Virus record (IMG/VR): IMGVR_UViG_3300033143_001219
Coordinates: 17,106 to 81,105 of that record
Reading direction: 5' to 3' (one strand)
DNA length: 64,000 nucleotides
Source of the DNA: a virus
Both the position numbers and the translations under genes were made by a program. The notes under the pieces were generated by a model that saw nothing but the letters and a program-made list of their open reading frames with translations, was not told where the DNA came from and searched no databases. Position 1 is the first letter of the stretch. Each line of letters opens with the position of its first letter. Below, piece by piece: positions 32,201 to 40,011 of this stretch.

Positions 32201-33326
32201 TTTGTATACCTTCTACACCCCTAGCAAACTTAGTTAATTCTTTCCTAGCAGCTTCGCTGGTTCCCTTTATATTTTTAGCCCAGTTGACTTGAGTGGCTTC
32301 AGCTTTCTTTAATGCTGCGGAGGCTCTTTCTGTAGCACTTATTAATTTAGTTTCCATTACTTCTACAAAGTTAGATAACGCCGGAAATGCTTTTCTTAAT
32401 ATAGAAACTGAAAACAATACTATGGCGGCAGTTAGCGCAGCCACATTCTCAGTTAAAAAGGTTAATACCGGAGTAATAGGTACATTTATTATTTGTATTA
32501 ATGATGCCGAAATATTTTGGAATGATGAAGATAGTTGTGTAAATGCATTAACATCTACTTCAGAAAATTCACTAAATTTATCTTCACCTTGTTCTAGTAC
32601 AGCATTTACAACTGCTTGTTGTTTTTCAAAAGTAGTTAAGGCATTAGCTGACTTACCTAAAGCAGCGGCGTAATTTCTAGCTGCAGTATCTAATCTAAGT
32701 ATAATACCTAATTCATCTAATAGTTCCGGTTCAGCTTTTATGGCACCTTTAAATACACGATTTAAAGAGTCTGTCATATCTCTACCTAAAGCTACAGATG
32801 CGTTTCTAGCTACTTGAGTTAGGTTTTTAATAGTTTTATCATCAAAACCTGCAGACGCAGCTATACTAGCGCTTTCCAACGCTTCTTTCATAGTTATAGC
32901 ATTATTTGTAATTTCTTGCATACCTTCACTTAAGGTAACAAGAGATCTACCAGTTTGTACGGCTAAAGTTTCTGCAGAGTCTGTTAGAATTTTCAAGTCA
33001 GCGGCACGTTTAAGTGCGCCGAAAGCAGCTGTTAGTGCGAAGACGGTAGCTGCTACTGTTGCATAGGCGGGAACAAGAGTGCCTGTCATACCTTGAGCCA
33101 TTTTAGAAAATGACTTAGTTTGATTATTAGTAAGCTGACCTACACCTTTAGCTTTTTTAGAATACTTATCTTGTTTATTACTAACCTTATCAAATGATTC
33201 ACCAGTATCTTGTACTGTAGAACTCATACCCGTTAAATTACGGTTGAGATTTTGTATCTCTTTTGTAATGCCTTTAAATCCAGTTCCGATTAACTTTAAA
33301 ATATATTCTTGCTTAATTGCTGCCAT
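26226..33326 (-). CDS. Tape measure protein (2366 aa)
   Basis: T5 pb2-like N-terminus (FSKMAQGM..LVPAYA; KAEPELLDELGI); long helical Ala/Leu-rich body; FASG...MIHKGE C-terminal motif. Confidence 0.92.
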   Translation of the reverse strand: MAAIKQEYILKLIGTGFKGITKEIQNLNRNLTGMSSTVQDTGESFDKVSNKQDKYSKKAKGVGQLTNNQTKSFSKMAQGMTGTLVPAYATVAATVFALTAAFGALKRAADLKILTDSAETLAVQTGRSLVTLSEGMQEITNNAITMKEALESASIAASAGFDDKTIKNLTQVARNASVALGRDMTDSLNRVFKGAIKAEPELLDELGIILRLDTAARNYAAALGKSANALTTFEKQQAVVNAVLEQGEDKFSEFSEVDVNAFTQLSSSFQNISASLIQIINVPITPVLTFLTENVAALTAAIVLFSVSILRKAFPALSNFVEVMETKLISATERASAALKKAEATQVNWAKNIKGTSEAARKELTKFARGVEGIQKVVQKTNRVGKNFQDAFKFGTDTERGLKSYKKGLQGVIRALENGTKVSQGFNETHLDELREELGETNSVIKKISGGAIKAQSSLQQFGQGVSTTFAFAKTKVLAFTSAISSATISGALAGYQHGFAGLRDELKYLALTTKGLTRAFSLLGATIGGIGGAFLKWIPIIGQVVFAWSLLSSAFEAIKGFIYEGSLVDFSETLEDNTEALKTAAKSAEYYNSKLKDLPDTLDNIAKKAKLLSNTFGTLSANLENTLKDLDLSGGFDSIDNFLDAFALGNLDELKDQLVTITKVLNKFGFSEDTNRILKQFNKLTRLSGEEAEYAAEKLFKLLRAKQEDAAGTLDLNNVITESLDELSKGLTQLNDGLPALTGIEKAFFNLNVILRNLDATNIFTVISAIEKLNNFDLRQLGLSGIAKNISNIKVDLDDYTKNLTNAKKELKKLQDLRASSGGLATGGGQDYTSFITKETEREFGILTSLIQSYSSSIEEINAKLKEQSAGIIEQLGRVQKRFQAIVNAQKEIADIRSRNAVSNIEESKGLKTRLRLLNELTDAENKYVNTVTSQVRFDLKAVEQAIKDTKKEIETAPKKDIAGLEKSLKSGESLRQQLNNKLLENRSKITANYIKQVKVLQKELGKTTKEVAAGLSVSVEQARVIREELYQGYLDVAISIEGISVKALELAERMVASSKAAEDFAIAISKNSLPSVDSLIAQNKIIQQRIVSEKAELEYMREFGVLLSDRVDKEFIITKQKLQSNLATAKAAELALKGTKETTAYATAQKLVEQITKNIAANDASRLVNIKKLTAEMVLQLKATNANAFEILKAGALATKQELAQIKRLQVIAKLKKNGVTNTDDIEKELKDKDDIDFATNINSQIKSVIDNLDPFRETINELYAALDNDKINNFTAGLLAMTKIAKEAGDNVSEAIFSLALAFESFGEKFSGKNKAEMQDYLQLASQAVGALSKAFDEGSKQAEAFAAVQQGLAIISAVVAVLEQGKGDPYSAFARIAAMAGLVTSILSAANMSFGGVSGSATAGEDYTATIGSQGLVGTDLISNSLVNSIDELVKTNTELFSAERELQIAINNLGDIFLGVARVFAVQLGGFGEASAATNFGQVFGKQEFAIKSGSGQSYSEINELINKTETSGLAEAGISDFLKEIGFSTQEITNSLVDSGIQFGATIQLVGSELSFNLENASAVLVTQVTTTTNDWWGLISKTSTRLETLYRALPQTLENALSFALANTLNTITSIFTVFGNAVDTNLTTLFSDIGIISIDTLRISLKDKSVQEQSDAIAAWFSNMGNTVISKVIPFITDFARAGEELSDTLIRITNTTIQLSNSFNKLGLDISFIVSTGNLSTTINSALEALKLEMVASWQEAFLRNFKDLDEFNVLFDKFSNALFTETELLEISLATATDTVGNGFDILRQELIARGDLDLLATLGPDNTSEALRAVYELGQETNAFATVVDVATGEIDSSGADLFATMIQLGAALDDQQQAIVELEDSIDNLNQQYERQIALFGLLGKELELLQLSFDFEDAVKEAMETGTEMSLVETYYGLLRLDIIRDYNQRIVDSIEDTMLSINGSILTVLQSALGWNEVSYQSIRVTKIVDKLATSLGNIGQGINFSVFSDLSDTSEFLTTLEKFIEITVGSGETITDQINLVEELQNAVMARYEAEVAAAEDLESSIMDSISALKDLSEEIGNFLDDLFVGDLSPLTNAQKLAEAQTQFDTNLQNVLSQDTELAEAARGDLLQSASTLLELANVFWAIGPEYQAIFNNVVGALESIDQNLLAEIGLSEETLAINSLEDSLTELQLQTITQLQTLDDILVALNEQNTINLNNELTALMPSVVNNLDAILVKLDQVNNDSWNPILTQLTMLNNTMGNFAMNSFASGAEEISYDQVAMIHKGETILTSDTSKSIRSGDSIYGTADALSTNSGDNSDIVSAISILTQVVASGNEDMLNKNEELRVATKDVGTSIGFSKTASTKGIV

Positions 33327-33901
33327 TAAGGTACCTTGAATGTTTCTGTATTACCAGACGTTAATAATCCAGTATTTATTTTTAAATGATCTATATTTTT
33401 AGACCATTGTTTTTCTAATTCTCTAGCTTCTGAGCCTAGAGTAAATTCTCTCAGTAATATTATTTCCGGAATGCTACCGAAATGCTTAAATCTTATTGAG
33501 GGTTTATTACTAATACCAAATTTATATATGTCATAATCTGAAAAATATATTAAGTAAGTTGTACCTGATATACTGCTATTGAATGAACTATTACACATAG
33601 GACACCCATGACCACTTAATATTGTGCGTGGTGGTACTTTCCATTCAAAGCCACATGAATGCTTATGTAATATTTTAATATTTGCACCCAAATATAATTC
33701 AAGCACTAGTATATCGGTAGGTACTTGAGTTATATATTTAGCATGTGTTTTATTATAATTTGTACTATATAATTTAAATCTATTAGCTTGATGACTTACT
33801 GATATTGAAGTCCTTTTAAGCTCATTTCCTATTTCTTTATGAGTCCATCCTTTTTCTAAAGCTACACTCATAAAATCTATTTCATCTAATTCCCATTTCA
33901 T
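33326..33901 (-). CDS. Free-standing homing endonuclease (HTH + zinc ribbon + GIY-YIG-like)
   Basis: HSCGFEW...GCPMC zinc ribbon; YLIY...YKFGIS...R...E..W..NTETF; interrupts the chaperone-tape measure junction. Confidence 0.7.
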   Translation of the reverse strand: MKWELDEIDFMSVALEKGWTHKEIGNELKRTSISVSHQANRFKLYSTNYNKTHAKYITQVPTDILVLELYLGANIKILHKHSCGFEWKVPPRTILSGHGCPMCNSSFNSSISGTTYLIYFSDYDIYKFGISNKPSIRFKHFGSIPEIILLREFTLGSEARELEKQWSKNIDHLKINTGLLTSGNTETFKVP

Positions 33902-33968
33902 ATTTATCCCCAATAAGATAGGCTAGGGGATGTATTGGCATCCCCAAGGTGATCAAACCGTTTCGCCT

Positions 33969-34298
33969 TTATTTTTTACTATTCTTGTTTTTTCGTTGTT
34001 TATGTTTTTGTTCCGCAGCCCTCTGTGCCATAATTAATCTATCTATTAAAGTAATAAACTGAACTAGCTGAGCCTTGTTATCTACCTTATAAACTTCTTC
34101 TGCTAAATAAGGTAATAATATGTAGTCTTTACCCATATAGGTTCCACTCATACCCTCCCACTTGTCTGGGAGGATTGCGTGAATATTCATGGCTGTTTGA
34201 ACGATATGTGGAAAATCTTCAAAGTCGGCAGGCATCTCGTCATCTAGAGGTACTTTGCCTAACTGCTCACACATATCAATATACTTATTTTTAGTCAT
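33969..34298 (-). CDS. Tail assembly chaperone, C-terminal (GT) part reached by -1 frameshift
   Basis: LPDKWEGMSGTYMGKD T5-like motif; the -1 frame is open from the slippery site to this ATG. Confidence 0.8.
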   Translation of the reverse strand: MTKNKYIDMCEQLGKVPLDDEMPADFEDFPHIVQTAMNIHAILPDKWEGMSGTYMGKDYILLPYLAEEVYKVDNKAQLVQFITLIDRLIMAQRAAEQKHKQRKNKNSKK

Positions 34299-34342
34299 TT
34301 TAACACTAGAATTATTATAAAAATTCTTTAATTTAATTTCTA

Positions 34343-34759
34343 TTAATTCGAGCTGCTTTTCGAAAAATTTTCAACATCATCAAGTACCGAAGTAACCCAG
34401 TTGTCAAAGTCTACACCATTCTTCATTAGCATTTCTGCATTTGCTGTACTAAATTCTAATTCATCTTCCATATCATCGACAATAGATAAGTCTATTGGTA
34501 ACATAGTTTTTAAGTATTTATACTTAAGGCCTTCCCATCCATTAAGGATAGCTGCTATATATAACTCTTGAAACAAGTCATTATCGACTTCTTCCTTCAT
34601 TTGTCTTGTTTTTCTATCTAATTTTTGACTAGTACACTTATCTCTTATTTTCATTAATTCATCTTTAGTAAGATAAGATAATGTTACCACGAAGCCAGGC
34701 ATACCTGGGTAGTCTACTTCCGTAGTTGAAATTGGTACCATTAATTTTGATAAATCCAT
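34343..34759 (-). CDS. Tail assembly chaperone (G)
   Basis: Between tail tube and tape measure; GWEGL and FDNWV motifs; slippery heptamer near the 3' end. Confidence 0.85.
   Translation of the reverse strand: MDLSKLMVPISTTEVDYPGMPGFVVTLSYLTKDELMKIRDKCTSQKLDRKTRQMKEEVDNDLFQELYIAAILNGWEGLKYKYLKTMLPIDLSIVDDMEDELEFSTANAEMLMKNGVDFDNWVTSVLDDVENFSKSSSN
34364..34370 (-). other. Programmed -1 ribosomal frameshift site A AAT TTT
   Basis: X XXY YYZ heptamer in the correct phase; -1 frame continues FEKQLELIEIKLKNFYNNSSVKM into the next ORF. Confidence 0.85.
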
Positions 34760-34774
34760 TTTGTAAATCTCCTT

Positions 34775-34800
34775 AAAAGTGAGGGGGATTAATCCCCCTC
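34775..34800 (-). terminator. Terminator after the major tail gene
   Basis: Perfect palindrome GAGGGGGATTAATCCCCCTC followed by ACTTTT on the - strand. Confidence 0.75.
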
Positions 34801-34807
34801 TATATTA

Positions 34808-36211
34808 TTATGTTGCTGGTAAATATTGAACTGTTATTTCATTTGTATCTTCAAAACTAGCAATACCGTTACCAGTATCCCAAGGTTGAGCACTAAATGT
34901 AATTTCTGTTGTTAATACGTCTTCTACACCTGTACTAGGAATACCTATCTGTGCATAAGGTATATTGAAGTATACTCTTGGATTAGTAGTTGTAGTACCA
35001 CCCATTTGAAATGTTAACGTAAAGTTATTTGACACTTCATTGATCTTAACTAATAGATCTTGTAGTAACCCACCTGAACCTTCGGCACCAGTATTTAAGT
35101 ATGCTGTTAATGTACCTGAAGTTGATCTGCTTCCTGAAAAACCAGCTAAAGGTTGGTTAACCACTGCTAATTCTTCCGGTGTTAAATATGTGAAGTTATT
35201 TTCAATTGTTAGAGTTGCTCCAGTAATTGGAATTGTATAAGAAACAGCTGCATGTGACCCTGGTAAATGTAAATCAAGGACATCTGCTGCGTTCCACGCA
35301 GTAATATCATCTGCACCAGATACAGTTACTGTAGAGGCTGCACCAGTTGTATGTGAAATAATAGTTGCCCAAGAAGTTGTATCTGTATTATATATTCTAC
35401 CACCATCATATTCATTAGCAGTAACTATATTAATATCTGTAGTTATAACTTGAGATGCTGCAGAAGTAAAGGTTCCTGATTGCTCACCTGTACCTGCCAC
35501 ACCTTGATTATCAGTTAATACTAAAGTACTTAACTTATTACGTATAAATGATGCTGACGTTGTTGTAGGCATCGCTGTATAATCAGTTCCAGCAATCCAA
35601 GTTGCAACTTCTGTATCCATATTTTCACTTTCTGTAAGTGTTGATCCTTGTCCAGACCAGTTAATTGTTGCAATACCATCAATACTGAAATCAACTTCTG
35701 TAGTAGAGATATTAAAATCTTCTATTACATATGTTGTATTACCTAGATCAAATATTAGTGTTAAAGCTAATAATTCATTAGAATTAGATGTTTCTAATCC
35801 AAATGTCATATCTTCTGTACCTGCACCATTAGTTGAACTATAAGTAGATGGTGGTGTACCTGCACCTGCATCGTTACTATTAGTGAAACCTGTTGCAGTA
35901 CCTAAAGCACTAGACCATAGAATTTTTTCACCTGAATCTCCATATGTTGATGTTATAAATGATCTGATATATGTACTGAATGATACATCTACAGGATTAA
36001 GAGCAGTATTAAATGTTCTTGATCCACGTACTGGTGATGTACCAGCTTCGTTAATACTAATCTCTTGATTAGTTAAGTCTTGTGAGAAACTGTACCCGTC
36101 TAATACCTTTACTTCGAATGTATCTGCTGTAGATGCACTTCCTGCTTCTAAAGCAGTTCTAGTTAATGTAGATGCATACAGTTTCGTATCTCTTGCTAAA
36201 CTTCTAGCCAT
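34808..36211 (-). CDS. Major tail tube protein (T5 pb6-like)
   Basis: VLDGYSFSQ, RGSRTFNTALNP, VDFSIDGIATINWSG and NNFTYLTPEEL motifs. Confidence 0.9.
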   Translation of the reverse strand: MARSLARDTKLYASTLTRTALEAGSASTADTFEVKVLDGYSFSQDLTNQEISINEAGTSPVRGSRTFNTALNPVDVSFSTYIRSFITSTYGDSGEKILWSSALGTATGFTNSNDAGAGTPPSTYSSTNGAGTEDMTFGLETSNSNELLALTLIFDLGNTTYVIEDFNISTTEVDFSIDGIATINWSGQGSTLTESENMDTEVATWIAGTDYTAMPTTTSASFIRNKLSTLVLTDNQGVAGTGEQSGTFTSAASQVITTDINIVTANEYDGGRIYNTDTTSWATIISHTTGAASTVTVSGADDITAWNAADVLDLHLPGSHAAVSYTIPITGATLTIENNFTYLTPEELAVVNQPLAGFSGSRSTSGTLTAYLNTGAEGSGGLLQDLLVKINEVSNNFTLTFQMGGTTTTNPRVYFNIPYAQIGIPSTGVEDVLTTEITFSAQPWDTGNGIASFEDTNEITVQYLPAT

Positions 36212-36259
36212 TAGTTTATTCTCCTTAATATTTGTAGTTTAGATTTATTAGATTTTTAT

Positions 36260-36700
36260 CTAATTACTCTCTAAATCATACAATATTTTAATAGTCATCT
36301 CGCCTACGCCGATAGGTGCTAATAACCCTTCATCTGTGTTTATAGTTAATATTTGCATATCTTCTATCATTTTATTTGTATCATACTCTAGGGTGCCGAA
36401 CCCATCTATGATTCTTTCTATATCTTCTAGAATCCCTTCTAATTCTTCCTCTGGGTTTTCGCTTTTAACATATATTCTTATGTTTACTAAAAGGTTTGCC
36501 CATTTAAATGCTGATGGGAGGTAGTCTCTTGTTTCTTGTCCTGCTGTTAAAAATACAGTAGGGTAGTCATCTACCTCGTCCCAAAATTTTAATTTGTTGT
36601 AAACTCTACGTCTTAAGTCTGAATTATAGAGCCCTGCTCCATTCACTTCTTCAGAAATTGTGTTTACTAATGCAGTTACTATTTTTGTTCTATATGACAT
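36260..36700 (-). CDS. Tail terminator protein (T5 p142-like)
   Basis: KFWDEV...YP and TDEGLLAPIGVGE motifs; synteny. Confidence 0.85.
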   Translation of the reverse strand: MSYRTKIVTALVNTISEEVNGAGLYNSDLRRRVYNKLKFWDEVDDYPTVFLTAGQETRDYLPSAFKWANLLVNIRIYVKSENPEEELEGILEDIERIIDGFGTLEYDTNKMIEDMQILTINTDEGLLAPIGVGEMTIKILYDLESN

Positions 36701-37963
36701 TTATACTAACCCCAATGCTATGCCAGGAAACTTTCTCTTCATGATAGCTAATGCTAATTCTCTAATAGAACCCTCAATATATAAACTAGGGTTTCTTTTG
36801 AGTGTACCTAATCTATGACCGGGTGCAAATACTTCATAAGGATTTTTCTGATACGTATAAGTACCAGCTAATACTCCTGCTTTATTTCTTGTCAATGTAA
36901 GCATCTTTGCTGACTCAGCAAATCTACCTGTTTGATTTCTTAGTAATACCGGAGGATCATGTGGCTCTCCCATATTATCTTTAATTTGTTGAGATAGTGA
37001 TTCATTTATTAATGCCATTATACTAAATAATGGTAAATCCGCACCAGCTCCTAACTGTTTGAATGTTGGTAACTTTGGTAACTTTTTATTTTTAAGCTTA
37101 TCTCTAGCAGCTCTTACTTTCGTAGACCTTGCCTTTTTGATTTCAGTTTTACTTACATTCTTTCTATTCTGATTTCTACCTTTCTTACCTAGTATCGCGG
37201 TAGTTAACATATTCTGTACATCTTTTACAAAGTTTGGCGAAAAGCCAACATTTTGTATTCCTAGTTGTTGTGCTAACTCTTCCACTTTGTAAGTAGTCTT
37301 CAGTTCTTTTTCTACCATAGATACAACTAACTTAGACAATTTACCTTTATAAGCATTTATTGCAGTTGGCTTTACTTCTATGGAAATTTTGCCTCTACCA
37401 TTACTTAAACTAACATTTGTTTCTTTCAGTAGTTTAACTGATAATGACATATCATTTTCTGATAATGATATAAGCTCTGGTATTTCTTTTATGGTAGCTC
37501 CAGAACTGTTAAGATTTTTAATTTTACTTAGTACTACTTTAGCTTTACTTATAAGTACAGCTTGTCTTTTACTTATATTTCCTAAGTGTCTTAAGTTAGT
37601 TTCAAGTATATTCATTTTTAATAATGCTAATGATATATCACCCTTATCTAACATATCATCACTAAATATATTTCTAATATCTTGTAGATAAGCTAAGTTT
37701 TCTATACTACTGCCATCTACACTTTCATCTTTATTAGCTTTAACTATTTCTAAATTTATTATACTTATTAAGTAATCTTTTTCTTGTGCTAATAAATTCA
37801 TGTATTGCAAAGGTAAATCTTCTAAGATTCTACCTATTGATTTTGCTGTAACTGCGGATCTTTTCTTAGATGCAGTTTCAAATTGTTTTATTGATAAATG
37901 CACGGAATCAGAACTTGAGTTACCTAATACTTTGAAACTTTTAAAACTTTTAAATTTTATCAT
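36701..37963 (-). CDS. Tail completion protein (T5 p143-like), extended
   Basis: C-terminal TGRFAES...YTYQKNPYEVF...RNP..IEGSIRELA; synteny. Confidence 0.75.
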   Translation of the reverse strand: MIKFKSFKSFKVLGNSSSDSVHLSIKQFETASKKRSAVTAKSIGRILEDLPLQYMNLLAQEKDYLISIINLEIVKANKDESVDGSSIENLAYLQDIRNIFSDDMLDKGDISLALLKMNILETNLRHLGNISKRQAVLISKAKVVLSKIKNLNSSGATIKEIPELISLSENDMSLSVKLLKETNVSLSNGRGKISIEVKPTAINAYKGKLSKLVVSMVEKELKTTYKVEELAQQLGIQNVGFSPNFVKDVQNMLTTAILGKKGRNQNRKNVSKTEIKKARSTKVRAARDKLKNKKLPKLPTFKQLGAGADLPLFSIMALINESLSQQIKDNMGEPHDPPVLLRNQTGRFAESAKMLTLTRNKAGVLAGTYTYQKNPYEVFAPGHRLGTLKRNPSLYIEGSIRELALAIMKRKFPGIALGLV

Positions 37964-37965
37964 AA

Positions 37966-38541
37966 TTATAAATCAACAGACCTATAGTGATCTAGTACTC
38001 TTCTTATATGTGCAGGTAATCTAGCTGTGTTATCTGCCATAATTATATTTTCAACTGTAACGCCCGAAAAAGCTTTCTTAGCTGTATATTGTTCATCTAA
38101 AAAATACTCTACTAGATGCGCTGATGATAGTTTTAAATCTTCAGGTATTTTCTCATACCCTCCCTTATAAACTAACTCTACGCTGTTTGTTGGCACTACT
38201 GCGTCAACAAAACAATCAATAGTAGAAACTATTCGAGAATTCGCTGTATCTATTACATAGTGAGTATACTCGTCCAATGTAGTAGCATATGTTTCTCCGT
38301 TATCCGAAGAAGTCTTTAATGTAGTTACTGATACGATTGGGTATACAGATGGGTATATTTCAATATTTGTACCATCAAAGTATTCCGTTTTATCAGTTGT
38401 ATAATAATCAGTAAAAGACCTATTACAGTAACTAGATATAAATGAGTTTGTTGCTTTTATCACTTGCGTAATACCAGCATCTCTATCTGTACTTGTAATA
38501 TTTTTTATTGCTTTATACTCTTGTAATGTTAAAATTGCCAT
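37966..38541 (-). CDS. Head completion / head-tail adaptor (T5 p144-like)
   Basis: LTLQEYK, SYCNRSF, YKGGY..IPEDLK and PAHIRRVLDHYR motifs. Confidence 0.85.
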   Translation of the reverse strand: MAILTLQEYKAIKNITSTDRDAGITQVIKATNSFISSYCNRSFTDYYTTDKTEYFDGTNIEIYPSVYPIVSVTTLKTSSDNGETYATTLDEYTHYVIDTANSRIVSTIDCFVDAVVPTNSVELVYKGGYEKIPEDLKLSSAHLVEYFLDEQYTAKKAFSGVTVENIIMADNTARLPAHIRRVLDHYRSVDL

Positions 38542-38551
38542 TGTTATCCTT

Positions 38552-38583
38552 AAAAAGGGTGGGGGTGCAAAGCACCCCCTACC
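38552..38583 (-). terminator. Terminator after the capsid gene
   Basis: GGGGGTGC-ttt-GCACCCCC stem followed by a T-run on the - strand. Confidence 0.85.
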
Positions 38584-38646
38584 TAAGCCAAATTAAGCAG
38601 CTCAAAAGTAAACCTAAGAAGGTTCACTGTTATCTTATTATGTAGC

Positions 38647-40011
38647 TTATGATGCTGGGTAAATTAATGCTGAAGAGCTTTTAGCTCCTGGAATTAATTC
38701 ACTGAAAGCAAATCTACGTGTAGCAACTAAAAGATTCTTTTGGTTTGCAATATCACGGTCACGTTCAACCATCATACCACGTAACTCACCAAATAAGAAG
38801 TTAGCTGAATTTAATGCAACTGCAGCTACTGTTCCAACTGCTGGTACAGCAAACGAATCAGATACAACTACTGGCGAACCATTAACTGAACCAATTTGTC
38901 CACGTAAGATAGTAGCCTTATCACCAACTAAATCAGAAGTACGGAAATCCGGATCTTCTAATAAGTCATAATATGCACCTTCACTTACAATGTAAACTAC
39001 GTCACTAGGATTTAAACCATAAGGACCCATTTGTCTACGTGTAGATTGTAAATCCGCAACAGTAATTGGGTTATTACTACCAAATGTACCATCTTGTGTG
39101 AAGCTACTACCATTATCTGTTGCAAGTGTTGCAACACCACTAATTAATGCAAGACCAGTTTGACCTGCAATAGTTTCAACACCTGCGTTACCACGAAGTA
39201 ATTCAGTATCTGTTGTGCGAGCCATTCTACGAACGATAGCGTTACGTACAATTGGTGCAATTGCGATAATTGAATCTTCTTCTTCTTCATATCCTAAATA
39301 CTCTTTAGAAGCTAATTTCTCAGCTTTTAATAGATTATCTGCTGGAGTATGAGTTCTAGCAACACCAGATGAATCTCCATTAGTAGATTTATATGCTGTA
39401 TCTGCTACCCATGATGCGTGTCCTGCTTCTGGGTTATATGGGAAAACTAAAGTTCTAGAAGTCATTTTAACTCTGTTTGAGAACATTGGCTCTAAGATTA
39501 GTTTATCTTGCATATCTTGATATAAGTTAGTAGAGAATAAAGTCTCCCAATCACTACCATCACCAGCTCCACCGGAATCCATGCCACCTAAGTGATCACC
39601 AATTTTTTCGATGTATGCTTTATATGAATCTAATTCCACAATACTCTTGCCCATAATTTTAGATGTTAAAACGAACTTATCAATTTCGTCCTGTGCAACT
39701 TGCTTATTAGAACGATTATCATCAAAACGCATTTTAGATGTAGTTAAAGCAATAATTTCATCTTGCTTTTCTTTCAAATCAGTTTCTAATGCTTTTAATG
39801 ATTCCGCTATAGTTTGATCTTTAGCTTCAAGTCGTGCTTCAAGCTCTTTAACTAAACGTTCTGCGCCGGACGTACCAGCTTCAGCAGCAAGAGTAGCAAT
39901 TTCTGCTTTCTTCTTGTCTGCAGCTTCTTTTTCAGCAAATGCTTTTTCAATAGCCTTTGTTTCTAATTTTTTAACCTCTTCAGGTGTTAAATTAATTGTG
40001 TCTTTACTCAC
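38647..40011 (-). CDS. Major capsid protein from internal in-frame GTG (454 aa)
   Basis: AAAGGAG then AAATAACT then GTG at 40011, in frame, just after the protease domain and acidic linker. Confidence 0.7.
   Translation of the reverse strand: MSKDTINLTPEEVKKLETKAIEKAFAEKEAADKKKAEIATLAAEAGTSGAERLVKELEARLEAKDQTIAESLKALETDLKEKQDEIIALTTSKMRFDDNRSNKQVAQDEIDKFVLTSKIMGKSIVELDSYKAYIEKIGDHLGGMDSGGAGDGSDWETLFSTNLYQDMQDKLILEPMFSNRVKMTSRTLVFPYNPEAGHASWVADTAYKSTNGDSSGVARTHTPADNLLKAEKLASKEYLGYEEEEDSIIAIAPIVRNAIVRRMARTTDTELLRGNAGVETIAGQTGLALISGVATLATDNGSSFTQDGTFGSNNPITVADLQSTRRQMGPYGLNPSDVVYIVSEGAYYDLLEDPDFRTSDLVGDKATILRGQIGSVNGSPVVVSDSFAVPAVGTVAAVALNSANFLFGELRGMMVERDRDIANQKNLLVATRRFAFSELIPGAKSSSALIYPAS

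Noticed and set aside
27940-32673. Long + strand ORFs (242, 259, 166 and 126 aa)
   Set aside because: Antisense shadows of the tape measure gene; Ser/Leu-rich with no RBS or motifs. The same applies to the other opposite-strand ORFs nested in core genes.
33899-33968. Hammerhead ribozyme (GAAAC present)
   Set aside because: No CUGANGA core in the required position; kept only as a cis-regulatory structure.
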